Source: Octopus sinensis (lineage: Eukaryota). From it: a stretch of 64,000 bases of DNA. Under the pieces are notes generated by a model. That model had not been told where the DNA came from. It was given only the letters and a program-made list of their open reading frames with translations, and did not search any database. The position numbers and the translations under genes are program-made. The stretch is from NCBI RefSeq assembly GCF_006345805.1, contig NC_043007.1:19902001-19966000 (forward strand), in the 5' to 3' direction. Of the stretch, positions 26,039-39,463 are shown piece by piece (within the stretch, counting starts at the first letter, position 1; every line of letters starts with the position of its first letter).

Positions 26039-27705
26039 TTAAGGGAACTTCATTCTCCAACAAGGCTAGATATTGAACCAGTATTTCCTTGGATGTCACC
26101 ATCCCTTCACGAGGTTAGCTTATCCTCTAATTAAATTATACATATATATATACTAGCTTAAGGTGACCCGCTCTACGCACAGGTAAGACTGTGGTTGTTA
26201 CTTTCTGTTGCTTCCTTTCTGTTTTTTATCACCACATTCTCCCTCTTTGTTTTTCTCTCCTTTCTCTCTCACTTTCCCACTCTCTTACTCTTCCTTTCTC
26301 TCGGAATCTCCCTCGCTTTCTCTTACTCTCTATCTTTCTCTATCTATCTCTAAGAGAATGAGAGAAGACTTGTCAAAGTGTGCGTTTTTTGCCCTAGTAA
26401 CCACACCTTTTAAGATAGGGATTTCTAGCCTAGCCCACTAACATCCTCACCTCATTTTACATGTCCCTGTAAACTTTAGAGTCAATCCGACTGGATCTAG
26501 TGCCCTTTAACCCGTTCCAATGCCAAAACCAGACAAACAAACTTTTCGCATTTCAGATTTATAGATATTGATGTAACACATGGTATAATTATAATCAGGG
26601 AAAATTTTAGCCATTTCTCCACAGACTGAAAAAATGATGAACAACCTTAAACGATTTTCAAACCTTAATGGGTTCTCATCAGAGGCATCCACATCATTCT
26701 GACAGTCTGCAGTTTATATACTCAACAAATGAAGTAATTCCTAATTTGAGTACCAAAAGTGTTTAACACTCTCAGGTGTTGTTGGAACTCCTGGAGTCTT
26801 TCATGCATAGCAGGTTTGCTGTCTGCGGCTTATGGTACCATACTTTCTGTTCTTTTCAACTATCTAAGACTTTCCTGATTATTCTGGCTGTGCCAAGGAG
26901 GCACTCAATTCCGATTTGGCCCCAATATCCAACTGGTACTTATTTTATCAACCCCAAATGGATGAAGAGCAAAGTTGACCTCAGTGAAATTTGAACTCAG
27001 AATGCAAAGATGGACAAAATGCTGCTAAGTACTTTACCCATCACGCTAACAATCCTGCCAGCTCCACCACCTTAGTTTGAGTTCAAATGCTACTAAAGTC
27101 AAAATTTGTCTTTCATCTTTTGGGGATTGTTAAAATAAGTAGTGGTTGAGAACTAGAGTTGATGTAACCATTTATCTCTGACCTTCTCAGAATTGCTTGT
27201 GCCTATATGAGAAAAACTGATTAGAAATACTTTGCCATGCATATAGGCACAGCCATGGCTGTGTGGTAGGAATCTGGCTTCCCAACCACATGGTTTCAGG
27301 TTCAGTCCCACTGCATGACACTGAATAGCCTCATGTAGACCAAGGCCTTGTGAAGTGGATTTGGTAGATAGAAACTGAAAGAAGTTTGTATATATGTGTA
27401 TGTGTGTGTGTCCCTCTACTGCTTGACAACCAGTGTTGGGGTGTTTATGTCCCTGTAACTTGACAGTTCGGCAAAAGAGACTGATAGAATAAGTTGATGT
27501 AATTATTTATCCCTGTCCCCTCAGAATTGCTTTCCCAGCTTTGGCCCTCCATAAATCCTAATACTTTGCCATACATACAGGCACAGGCATGGCTGTGTTG
27601 TAGGAAGATCCAATTGTTCAACTAAATGTTTTTCAAGGCAGTGCTCCAGTATGGCCACAATCTAATGACTAAAACAAGTAAAAGCTAAAGGATAATCTCA
27701 GATTA

Positions 27706-28226
27706 CCGTAAATCCTTGAGTATAAGCCGCATTTTTCCCCCAAAATTTAATGGTCAAAATCCCTAGTGCGTACTATATCCCAGGTTAAAAATGAAAATTA
27801 TTTTCTAAGCAATGTCCAAGTCTCCATTTGCTGTCCAGCAATGTTTATTCAGACGCATTTTGGGATGTCAAGCGCGAAAATACCTTAAGCGAAGCCTGAA
27901 AGCAATGAAGTCATAAAAGAATCATCCATAACTTGCAGTAAGCAACATTTATTAAAATAAAAGTATTCAGAACACAGAATAACATGTAACAAAAACAATT
28001 TGCAAACATATTTACATTCCCATATAACAGTTAAGAACATCACCATTATTGTATTACGCATGCATGGAAGTGTTTGTTCGACAAGGTGCTACTGGTTTAA
28101 TTACGTACGACTCAAGTTAGAGAAGGGGTGCGTATTATACACAAGGTTTAGGTTTTCAGAGGTACAGCCCCCTAAAAATCCCTTGCATATTATACTCAAG
28201 GGTGGACTATACTCGAAGATTTACGG
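27706..28226. mobile_element. Tc2/pogo-type MITE
   Basis: TA|ccgtaaatccttgagtataagccgca ... ggactatactcgaagatttacgg|TA; ends 150 bp upstream of Arpin exon 2. Confidence 0.85.
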
Positions 28227-28376
28227 TATGCAACAAATACTGTCTAGTGCTGTATTAATTGATTAATTAATTAATCAACTGCACAAACAGAGACTTGTGT
28301 GTCCTTATTTATCTTTACTGTCCACTATTGTTTACAATAAACATGAATTATGTAACAAACTTTCTTTTCTTTACAG

Positions 28377-28452
28377 TGGCTGTGGTGTTATAGTAGAAGG
28401 CACCATCCAAGGTCGATCTCGGCTGGCAATCACAGACATAGACAAAAATAAG
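28377..28452 (+). CDS. ARPIN: Arpin coding exon 2 (GCGVIVEGTIQGRSRLAITDIDKNK)
   Basis: Acceptor tttcttttctttacag|, donor AAG|gtgagt; 76 nt; matches Arpin GNGVLLEGE.....SR..I.D segment. Confidence 0.93.
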
Positions 28453-28996
28453 GTGAGTTGCCAACACAATGGATTTTTTGTTGAGTTTCCCTTACATAGT
28501 GACCTCGCAACATTATACCCTCTTTCGGTTTCTATCTATCTCTCTTTCTACCTTTGTCTAAGTCTCTCACTCTCTCTATCTCTATCTCACTCTCTAATTA
28601 TTTCTCCATTTCTGTCTCTGTTCCGTCAAGTAATTTTCCCTGCCTCTTTATCAAAATGTCTAGACCCGTGATTCCCCAACATGGGGCATGGTAATATTTT
28701 GATGAGGCATGCATAGAGTTATGCTGAATTTTTTATACCTTTTGTACACAATGTTTAGTATACCAATAGAGAATGGGGACAATTTGAGAATGAGGTATTA
28801 AATAAAAAAAAAATCTTTATACCTGACAACAATTTTATCAAAGTTTGGACACTTTAGAGACAGCAGGTCATTTTCATCTTATTCATAAGATCTGATGTCA
28901 CTAAAGAGGAAATAGGTTATTTCCTTCGATATAGTGGTGTGTGAAAGCCTGTAGAATATTACAAAATTTCTTTATTGCAGGTAGAATATTACTTTA

Positions 28997-30287
28997 TGAG
29001 GGACGTTCAATAAGTAATGCCTCTGACCCACTTGCAGTTGTTTGATCTAGCTGAAATTTTGCATGTGCAATCATTTATATCTCTATAGAGTAAGTGGCAA
29101 ATTACAGCTCTGAATTAATTGTGGTTTCTGATTTACAGGTGTTTGAACCGAGTCAAGTGTGAAATGGAGCCTGTTGAGTGTCGAGCAGTGATCCAGTTTT
29201 TGTATTTGAAAGGACGCATACCACGGGAGACTTTTGATGAAATGAAAGTAACTTATGGTGATGATGCCCCATCATATGACCTTGTAAAACGCTGGCATCG
29301 TGAATTCAAACATGGTCGGAACTCTGTGGAAACAGCTCCCAGATCTGGTCGCCCCCTTCTGCCATTGATGAGGCATCTGTCCGTCAAGTTGAGGCTGCCA
29401 TTTTAGAAGATCGACGCATAATTATTCGCCAAATAGCCCATGAGGTCAAGATTAGTACTGGGTCTGTGGAAACTATCATTCATGACCATTTGCATATGCA
29501 AAAGGTGTCTGCCAGATGGATTCCCAGGTTGCTCACGCCTTTCCAGAAGCAAGAATGCGTCGAGTGCTCGAGGGTGAATTTGGAGATGTGCCAAGAGGAT
29601 GAGTCAAAATTTTTCAAAAGACTGATTACACAGGATGAAACCTGGGTCCATCACGATGATCCAGAGATCAAATCCCAGTCAATGCAGTGGAAGCACCGTG
29701 ACTCACCCCCTCCAAAGAAGGCAAGGGTGCAGCCCTCCACTGACAAGGTCATGCTCACAGTCTTCTGGGACCAGGACGGAGTAGTGATGACAGATTTCCT
29801 GGCAAAGGGTACCACAATTGCAGGAGCCTATTATGCTTCACTTTTGAGGAAATTAAGAGAAGTTATCAAAATCAAGAGGCGGGGCAAGATCAGCAAAGGC
29901 TTCCTCCTCCTGCAGGACAACGCTCCGGTCCACAACTCGCTTGTCACCAGATCAGAAGCACAGGCGTATAGCTATGAACTCCTCCCCATCCCCCCTACTT
30001 TCCTGACCTTGCACCCTCTGATTTTCACCTCTTCCCAATCATGAAGTTGTTTTTGAAAGGAAAGCGTTTCCCAGATGATGCAGCCTTGATTTCTGAAGTC
30101 ACGTTCAGGTTGGAGGACCAAGCTGGGTTCTTCTACAAAAACGGTCTCCAGAGCCGCATCAAACGATGGGAGAAATGCGTAACTCTGGGTGGTTCCTATG
30201 TAGAAAAAGACTAATAACTGTGCCAAGTTTCGTTGCTCTACTGCTATGGGAAGTGGGTCAGGGGCATTACTTATTGAATGCCCCTCG
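28997..30287 (+). mobile_element. Full-length mariner transposon (1291 bp)
   Basis: TA flanks and 37-bp TIRs (tgagggacgttcaataagtaatgcctctgacccactt / aagtgggtcaggggcattacttattgaatgcccctcg). Confidence 0.95.
29164..30214 (+). pseudogene. Mariner DD34D transposase with two frameshifts
   Basis: WIPRLL, TQDETW, LQDNAP...34 aa...D (HPPYFPDLAPSD); frameshifts near 29355 and 29985, both at C runs. Confidence 0.9.
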
Positions 30288-30305
30288 TATGCCTGTAGAA
30301 TATTA

Positions 30306-30341
<36 letters not shown>

Positions 30342-30488
30342 CGTGCGCGCGCACGTGTATGTAGTATAGAACTGGTCAGTATTTATGGAGAAATAAACTG
30401 GAGACAGACGTATGTGAGCAGGTGTGTCTAAGAGTATTAATTCTTTTATCTCTGGCGACAGTGAGGGATGAAAGAGGCACAAAGAGAG

Positions 30489-30520
<32 letters not shown>

Positions 30521-30832
30521 GAGAGATAGACAGACAGATTTATGGTACTGGTAAAGCAAACATACACACACACACACCTATATATATATGAACAGAGATG
30601 AAATTTAACAGGCGTTATTTTATTCCCCACCAGTCAGTTTGTGAATTCAGCAAAAGATATAAAAAAAACTTACGTCATTGATACAAAGGCTTTTTGCACC
30701 TGAGAAGATTCATGGAATATCTTTGGTTTCTTTTTGAACACATATTTCCCGAAAGTTTATACTGAAATCTTTTTAAAGATTCAAGGGCATAAATATAGAT
30801 TCCTGCCCCCCCTCCCCCGCACCGACTTTGGA

Positions 30833-31231
30833 TACTCTTTTACTTGTTTCAGTCATTTGACTGCGGCCATGCTGGAGCACCGCCTTTAATCGAGCAACTC
30901 GACCCCAGGACTTATTCTTTTGTAAACCCAGTACTTATTCTATCGGTCTCTTTTGCCGAACCGCTAAGTAATAGGGACGTAAACATACCAGCATCGGTTG
31001 TCAAGCAATGCTAGGGGGACAAACACAGACACACAAACACACATATATATATATATATACATATATACGACGGGCTTCTTTCAGTTTACGTCTACCAAAT
31101 CCACTCACAAGGCTTTGGTCGGCCCGAGGCTATAGTAGAAGACACTTGCTCAAGGTGCCACGCAGTGAGACTGAACCCGGAACCATGTGGTTGGTAAACA
31201 AGCTACTTACCACACAGCCACTCCTGCGCCT
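30833..31231 (-). mobile_element. SINE family A, full length
   Basis: Reverse complement of the family consensus. Confidence 0.9.
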
Positions 31232-32249
31232 GATCATAACTTTCAGCAAAATGTATATTTCTTAATGAAATTTTCTACGAATATGTTTTATGTAGATTCC
31301 GAATATACAAAACTTTTAGGGGAAAGTGTTTTAGAAGGGTGAGGGAATTTCGGAAAATTCACCAGAGTCCAATTCGTCTTAACTTTCAAGAAAATATTTT
31401 TCAATGAAATTTTCTACAAATATACCTCGGACTATGTAGATTCCGAGAATATAGGAATTTTAGGGGAAAACAATTGGGGGTTATTTTTGAGGATCGTTCC
31501 CCAATTGGGGTGTTTCCGAACAAGTCGTCCATATTTCTTTCATTTACACCGTTTTTGTGCGTTTGTGCATCCATAGATTTCTACTCAAGCAGCTGTCACC
31601 AGGAAACTCGTTATGCTAAAAATACCAGCTAAATGTCTAAACACTTCTAACAGAAAGACATTGAATGGAATCATTCCCCATTCGAACTCTTTTAATTACA
31701 TATATATATGTGTGTGTGTGTGAGGAAAATAAGCGTGCCACCCCTTTATGCTTTTTTCTCTCCGTTTTGACAATGATTTTTCTAATTTTATTTTTCACTC
31801 AGGCCTTCCAGGTGATGTGGTGGTCGTGGGGGACTTTTTATTCTCTTTCTCTCGTTTACTCTTTTACTTGTTTCAGTCATTTGACTGCAGCCATGCTGGA
31901 GCACCGCCTTTAGTCGAGCAATGCGACCCCGGGACTTATTCTTTGTAAGCCCAGTACTTATTCTATCGGTCTCTTTTGCCAAACCGCTAAGTGACGGGGA
32001 CATAAACACACCAGCATCGGTTGTCAAGCAATGCTAGGGGGACAAACACAGACACACAAATATATACACACACACTTATATATATATAGATATATACAAC
32101 AGGCTTCTTTCAGTTTCCGTCTACCAAATCCACTCACAAGGCATTGGTCGGCCCGGGGCTATAGCAGAAGACACTTGCCCAAGATGCCACGCAGTGGGGC
32201 TGAACCCGGAACCATGTGGCTGGTTAGCAAGCTACTTACCACAGAGCCA

Positions 32250-32293
<44 letters not shown>

Positions 32294-33457
32294 TACGACA
32301 GGCTTCTTTCAGTTTCCGTCTACCAAATCCACTCACAAGGCATTGGTCGGCCCGGGGCTATAGCAGAAGACACTTGCCCAAGATGCCACGCAGTGGGGCT
32401 GAACCCGGAACCATGTGGTTGGTTAGCAAGCTACTTACCACACAGCCACTCCTGCGCCTATGAAAACTTTTTCTTGAAAATTCATGATTTTCTTTTTTCA
32501 CTTCAGCCCCACGCACTTAAAAACCACGAGAGAAGCTTTTTCGGTTTTCCTATATATCAGACACCTTTTCTTGTGAAAATATAACATTTTTTTCGTTTTT
32601 AACTGTAAAGGCTTCTCCCATCGTTTTAAAGGGAAAAAAACACCGTCAAAAAGGGAAGATTTCTGACCTGAAATCAGTCATTACTCATTTTGCCCCAATT
32701 TAGACATAATTTTCTGAAAATGGAAAATTATCAAATTAGACATTAGTGTGAGAAAAATTTTGACATGGAATGCAACAGAGAAAAGGATAGGAATTGTTAA
32801 ACACCAAAAATTATCCAGATACTTGATTTGTAACTTCAATTAGAATCGAGAGAGAGGGATGGTGAGGGTGTCCCTTTAAGGTCCAAGGTGAATATGAAAT
32901 AGAGAGAGAGAATAAGGATAGAATAACTGGAAAGATGGGTGGGTGGGTGGGTGGGTGGGTAAGTGCACTAGAGTGTTACAGGTGATTAGAGATGGGGAAT
33001 GACGTGAAGACAGTGAGTATCGATTTGGGGGAGGGGAAGGGGAGGAAATAGGAGTGGGTCTGGGAGGAGGGTGGGGACAGTACTCCTAATATTGATTTCA
33101 AATTTTGACACAAGGCCAGCAACTTCAGGGAGGATGGGGTCAGGCTGATTATATCAACCCCAGTTCTCAACTGGTACTTGTTTTATCGAACCCCCAAAGG
33201 GAAGAAAAGCAAAGCCAACCTTGGCAGAATTTGAACTCAGAACGTAAAGACAGGCGAAATACCACGAAGCATCTTGCATTCTCACGCTTCTGTCAGCTGA
33301 CCACCTTCCAGTAGTCCTCAGTAAAAAGGAATTAAAAAAATGGAAAGACCCCTGACTGGGATCACTTAGATTATGAGTCTGCTCAATCAAGGCGGACCTG
33401 CAGCTAAACCACAACACCACTATTTTACTCTATTGAAGACTAATATCACCACTATTT

Positions 33458-33685
33458 GGCGAGCTGGCAGAACCGTTAGCATGCTGGGCGAAATGTGTAG
33501 CCATATTTCGTCTGTCGTTATGTTCTGAGTTCAAATTCCGCTGAGGTCAACTTTGCCTTTCATCCTTTCAGGGTCGATAAATTAAGTACCAGTTACACAC
33601 TGGGGTCGATATAATCGACTTAATCCCTTTGTCTGTCCATGTTTGTCCCCTCTATGTTTAGCTCCTTGTGGGTAATAAAGAAATA
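33458..33685 (+). mobile_element. SINE family B
   Basis: ggcgagctggcagaa...gagttcaaattccg (B-box-like)...gcctttcatcctttc.gggtcgataaattaagtacc (resembles the Meta-SINE core as recalled). Confidence 0.85.
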
Positions 33686-34446
33686 TATTTCTATGAAAAA
33701 ACTCCCTTTGTATCAAAATCTTGAGACCCACGCAACCAACATGACTAACACACACAACCGCTACCACCAACACTGTTCCAGCAAGCGATGCCACTACCAC
33801 TCACACCCACACTAATTACCATTATGATGCTGTGTAACTGACCTTTGCCATAATGTCAATGTTTTTCTACTGCTGTTGACATTATCAATGTCTCTCAGTT
33901 GTGGCCTTGTCTTTCAAACAAAATCCTCAAAGCTCTTGTTCTCAGCCTTTGAATATTCAGTGCTTTTCACACTTGGGATTTTTCAGGTTTACTTTTCTTG
34001 AGTGTACTTCCCTTCCTACCTACCTATCTACCTATATCTAATTAATAATGCCCACGCTTGTAAACAGATATATTTAGATTCGGTCTTATTGGATACGTGA
34101 ATCCTAACACACATAAGGAATTACACGGAGGAGATTCTTGTCCAAACAGCAATGAATTTTCATAATTTTATTATGGCCAGGAATTGGCAAATTTGTATGT
34201 GATTTACATTCAATATTTATTATTTATTATATTATATTATTATAAGAATATAATATAGATATTATTATGCTAATAAATTTAAAATTTAAATTTACATCTC
34301 ATTTTCTATTCATTTATATTTACATATATATATATATATATATGTGTGTGTGTATGTATATATATATGTGCATTTGTGTGTGTAGATAGATAGATAGGTA
34401 CACAGATAGATATAGATATACATACATATATAATGTATGCATGTGA

Positions 34447-34791
34447 AAGCGCAATGGCCCAGTGGTTAGGGCAGCAGATTCGCAGTCGTAGGATCGCGGT
34501 TTCGATTCCCAGACCGGGCGTTGTGTTTATTGAGCGAAAACACCTAAAAGCTCCACGAGCCTCCGGCAGGGGATGGTGGTGATCCCTGCTGTACTCTTTC
34601 ACCACAACTTTCTCTCACTCTTTCTTCCTGTTTCTGTTGTACCTGTATTTCAAAGGGCCAGCCTTGTCACTCTCTGTGTCACGCTGAACCCCCACTGAGA
34701 ACAACGTTAAGGGTACACATTAATTTCATGAGCAGGGTGTTCCCTTGATCGGATCAACTGGCACCCTCGTCGTCATAACCAACAGAGTGCC
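34447..34791 (+). mobile_element. SINE family C
   Basis: tRNA-like head gcgcaatggcccagtggttagggcagc...gtttcgattccc; tail ...accaacagagtgcc. Confidence 0.85.
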
Positions 34792-35939
34792 ATGACATAT
34801 GTACACACCCACCCACGTACACACACACACACACACACACACACAAATATAAAGTACGAAAATAAAAGGGTTGAAGAAATATGTAAATAGATTATTTAGA
34901 GTTTATCTCAAAACTTCAAGAATACTCCATTAAATAATGTGTTGACATGTATATCATATGTATATATCGTTTATCTTTTACTTGTTTCAGTCATTTGACT
35001 GCAGCCAGTTAGTGTTAGGAACATAAATTGTGACTAAGGTTTGGTGGAAGATTTTAATTCAATACTTATGAAAATAAGACATTTGTACTCAGTGTCAGAA
35101 GCAGTTTCAGCCAGGTTGGTAAGGAACGGGTTCAATGCAGGTGCACCATCATCCATGCAGACACATTTCTCTCCTATGACATCACAATTTTCTCACATAC
35201 TGTCTTGCAATATGTTGAATAAAATCATAATTACTCGATCCTCCTCTATTTTCTTTCACCCAAAGCCAGGAATTTGTCAGCCCCTCAACCCCCTCCACCA
35301 TACATTATATCCATGTTCTGCCTTTTCCAGTTTCATTACTTTAAGGGCACCATTCGAGCATGATCGTTACCAACGTCGCTTCACTGGCACATGTAAAAAG
35401 ATTCAAGCGAGATCATTGCCAGTACCGCCTGACTGGCCCCCGTGCCGGTGGCACTTAAAAAGCACCATTTGAGCGTGGCCATTGCCAGTACCACCAAACT
35501 GGTCCTCGTGCCGGTGGCATGTAAAAGCACCCACTACACTCTCGGAGTGGTTGGCGTTAGGAAGGGCATCCAGCTGTAGAAACTCTGCCAGATCAAGATT
35601 GGAGCCTGGTGCAGCCATCTGGTTTGCCAGTCCTTAGTCAAATCGTCCAACCCATGCTAGCATGGAAAGCGGACGTTAAACGATGATGTTGATGATGATG
35701 ATGAAATGGTTACTGTCCTGTCATCTATTCCTCATTCATATATTATTGTTATAGTTCCATTTCTGTATGTATAAACTGTTGCTCTGTTTGACCCCTCACC
35801 TTCCTGTTCTTTACTCATACACAACATGTAGCTATAATTACCAACATGTAGCTATAATTACCGCTATCCTATTCTGATCTGCCACTGTCATAATCTTCAC
35901 CCACCTTTAGCTATGCAACACTGCCAACCCGTGGACATA

Positions 35940-36262
35940 TTTACAAAGTCAGAAAACAGCACAGCTCCCATGACTTTAGGAAACATTTATTCACGCTGAG
36001 AGTTGCTGAAGCATGGAACAAACTGCCAGCATCAGTTGTTAGTTGTCGGAGCACTGCATCATTCAAAACTTCCATGCTTTCTGAGATTCGCCAACACTAC
36101 ACCTGATTTTCTCCCCTCCATTCACACGCAAGCATGTATCTGACTCATACACTGTTCGCTTCCCAGACATTTGTACCTTACTGCATATACTTATATGCAC
36201 TTCTGACAAGTTGTGGTGCACCTGAGCACTGTATACAATAATTTCATTATTATATATTATTA
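35940..36262 (+). mobile_element. CR1-group LINE 3' end with (ATT)n tail abutting the Arpin exon 3 acceptor
   Basis: HDFRKHLFTLRVAEAWNKLPASVVSCRSTASFK matches the CR1 ORF2 C-terminal WN.LP...V.....FK motif. Confidence 0.8.
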
Positions 36263-36299
36263 ATACTCTGGTTTAATTCTCTCTCTCTCTCTTCCACAG

Positions 36300-36432
36300 T
36301 TCCGTTATGTGGTCTTGCACATTGCCTGCCAGAGAGCTCACAAGAGAAAGTTTGACGCCACAAACAAAGAAATTGAGCCAAATTTCAGTGAAACTAAGAA
36401 AGTCTCGACTGGTTTTCTCAATTCTTCTTACA
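36300..36432 (+). CDS. ARPIN: Arpin coding exon 3 (FRYVVLHIACQRAHKRKFDATNKEIEPNFSETKKVSTGFLNSSY)
   Basis: Acceptor ctctcttccacag|, donor |gtaagt; 133 nt; contains the diagnostic RKFD...EIEPNFS.T.KV.TGFL.SSY motif of Arpin. Confidence 0.96.
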
Positions 36433-36622
36433 GTAAGTTTTTCAAATCTTCCTCCATTGTTCCATGCCATTAACCCTTTTCTGACCATATTTCTTACGAA
36501 ATACACAACCTCCGTTCTACATTCAATTTGGAAAAATAATCAAGAATTTTTTAGGGACTTAGTAAAACTTGTTCCTGGCCATGCTGGGGCACCACCTTGA
36601 AAAAGTTTTAGTCAAATGAATT

Positions 36623-36787
36623 GGCGCAGGAGTGGCTGTGTGGTAAGTAGCTTGTTTACCAACCACATGGTTCTGGGTTCAGTCCCACTGCGTGGCACCT
36701 TGGGAAAGTGTCTTCTACTATAGCCTCGGGCCGACCAAAGCCTTGTGAGTGGATTTGGTAGACGGAAACTGAAAGAAGCCCATCGTA

Positions 36788-36833
<46 letters not shown>

Positions 36834-37047
36834 TGTGTGTGTTTGTGTGTGTGTGTTTGTCCCCCTAGCAAACAACCGATGCTGGTGTGTTTATGTCCCC
36901 GTTACTTAGCGGTTCGGCAAAAGAGACCGATAGAATAAGTACTGGGCTTACAAAAGAATAAGTCCCGGGGTCGAGTTGCTTGATTAAAGGCGGTGCTCCA
37001 GCATGGCCACAGTCAAATGACTGAAACAAGTAAAAGAGAGAGAGAGA
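36623..37047 (+). mobile_element. SINE family A, full length
   Basis: As 8394-8816. Confidence 0.9.
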
Positions 37048-37382
37048 CCCCAGCATTTATTCTTTCTTTGAGCCTGATACTTATTTTATCAGTCTCTTTT
37101 GCTGAACCACTAAGTCACAGCGAGGTAAACACAAGAACACTGGTTGTCAAGCTGTGGTGACAGCCAAGCACACACACACACATATCTCTTTCTCTTTTAT
37201 TTGTTTCAGTCATTTGACTGCGGCCATGCTGGAGCACTGCCTTTAGTCGAGCAAATCAACCCCGGGACTTATTCTTTGTAAGCCCAGTACTTATTCTATC
37301 GGTCTCTTTTGCTGAACCACTAAGTGACGGGGACGTAAACACACCAGCATCGGTTGTCAAGCAATGCTAGGGGACAACACAG

Positions 37383-37437
<55 letters not shown>

Positions 37438-37445
37438 ATATATAT

Positions 37446-37479
<34 letters not shown>

Positions 37480-37484
37480 ATTAT

Positions 37485-37521
<37 letters not shown>

Positions 37522-37554
37522 ATTATATATATATATTATATTATATATAGTATA

Positions 37555-37601
<47 letters not shown>

Positions 37602-37633
37602 ATATAATATATATATTATATATATATATATTA

Positions 37634-37676
<43 letters not shown>

Positions 37677-38255
37677 CATATATGATATATGCGACAGGCT
37701 TCTTCTGTTTCCGTCTACCAAATCCACTCACAAGGCATTGGTCGGCCCGGGGCTATAGCAGAAGACACTTGCCCAAGGTGCCACGCAGTGGGACTGAACC
37801 CAGAACCATGTGGTTGGTTAGCAAGCTACTTACCACACAGCCACTCCTGCGCCTATATGATGGTCTTCTTTCAGTTTCCATCTCCCAAATCCAATCACAA
37901 AGCTTTGGTTGGCCCAAGGCTACCCTAGAAAACACTTTCCCAAGGTGCCAATGTAGTCCAAGATAAACTGTGTCTGAAAAAGAAATGGACTGGTAAAGTT
38001 AGAAGAGCTTTGATCATAGGCCTGCTGAATCAAGACAGACCTAGGGCTAAAGAATATGTCACTGTTTAACTCCAAGATCCAACTCCCATTGAGTGGACTT
38101 TATGATCAAAGGATTCCAACCATGACCATCATGTCTTTCAGCTGTGTATATCTATGGCTACATTATGCATTATAGCTGTCCTTTTCTTTTAAGAATTGTG
38201 AAATCTGCTGTAAGGGAAATTCAGCTTTTGTTTCTAGCAGATCAAGACACCACAT

Positions 38256-38665
38256 GGCAGACGTAAAGAATGTGGACCACACCCCATTTCGTTATTTTTT
38301 TTTTTTTTTTTTTTTATAGAATACCCCATTTTCGAGTATTGAGATTCCGATTCTGCAAAAAAAAAAAAAAAAAAACGGATTTTAGTCTCCCCCAACCTTA
38401 AATTCTTCAATTTTCACTTTTTTCAAAATTTTTTTTTTTGCGTAATATATAGAAAAATACAGAGATGATGATTCTAAATAAAAAAAAAAAAAATGGAAAA
38501 AGTGAAAATTGAAGAATTTGGGAGTGGAGAGGGGAAATTAAAATTTCAAAAAGAGCTTCTTTTTTTTTTACAGTATATCAGAATTTCCATACTTGAAAAT
38601 GGGGGATTCTGTAAAAAAAAAAAAAATAACAAGAGGGGCTGCGGTCCACATTCTTTACGTCCGCC
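38256..38665. mobile_element. Mutator-like MITE with long imperfect TIRs
   Basis: ggcagacgtaaagaatgtggacc / ggtccacattctttacgtccgcc; 9-bp TSD acaccacat / acaccacac. Confidence 0.85.
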
Positions 38666-38769
38666 ACACCACACAGATTTACTGTTCAAGTAATGCTAAG
38701 ATATGGTTGTTAATACTGTATTCTCTCTTCCATGACAAAATACCATCTTTCAGTATCTTCTTCCGCCAG

Positions 38770-38991
38770 AGGTGGCAGCTGTCGGTGAATCTGATGCTTT
38801 GAAATTAGAAGACCTGGTATCTTTGATCTGCAAAGAGGAATTGAATGCCCTGACAATTATAAGTCAGCCTGAAGTCGAACGCCAAGAGGAACTGATTTCA
38901 TTCTGGATTGAAGAAACTCATACAATGAAGATGGAACTTGTAGAAAGTGACCACATCCGGTTAAGGACGTGTGGGGACTCTCCCTTCATCG
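38770..38991 (+). CDS. ARPIN: Arpin coding exon 4 (K-VAAVGESDALKLEDL...SFWIEE...IRLRTCGDSPFI)
   Basis: Acceptor ttcttccgccag|, donor |gtaaga; 222 nt, phase 1-1; matches Arpin FW..E...MEL....VRLKT.GD.PF. Confidence 0.95.
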
Positions 38992-39060
38992 GTAAGACTT
39001 TAGCATTAAGCACTCCTCCCACTGGTTAAGTAGTGTCATTGCATTTTCCTTTCCTCGTGT

Positions 39061-39463
39061 GGAAGCACATGGCCTAGTGGTTAGAGCAGCGGACTCGCGG
39101 TCGAGGGATCGCAGGTTCGACTCTCAGACTGGGCCATGTGTGTGTTTATGAGCGAAACACCTAAGCTCCACGTGGCTCTGGCAGAAGGTAATGGCAAACT
39201 TCTGCTGATTCTTTCGCCACAACTTTCTCTCATTCTTTCCTCCTGCATCTTGCAGCTCACCTGCGATGGACCGGCGTCCCATCCAGGTGGGGAACCTATA
39301 CGCCAAGGAAACCAGTCCCAACTTTCTCTCACTCTTTCCTCCTGCATCTTGCAGCTCACCTGCGATGGACTGGTGTCCCGTCCAGGTGGGGAATCTATAG
39401 CCCAAGAAACCAGGAAACCGGCCCTTATGAGCCAGGTATGGCTCGAGAAGGAACAAACAACAA
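39061..39463 (+). mobile_element. SINE family C variant with a different 3' tail and an internal tandem duplication
   Basis: C-type head followed by ctgcgatggac.gg.gtcc..tccagg (duplicated) and tail ggctcgagaaggaacaaacaac. Confidence 0.8.
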
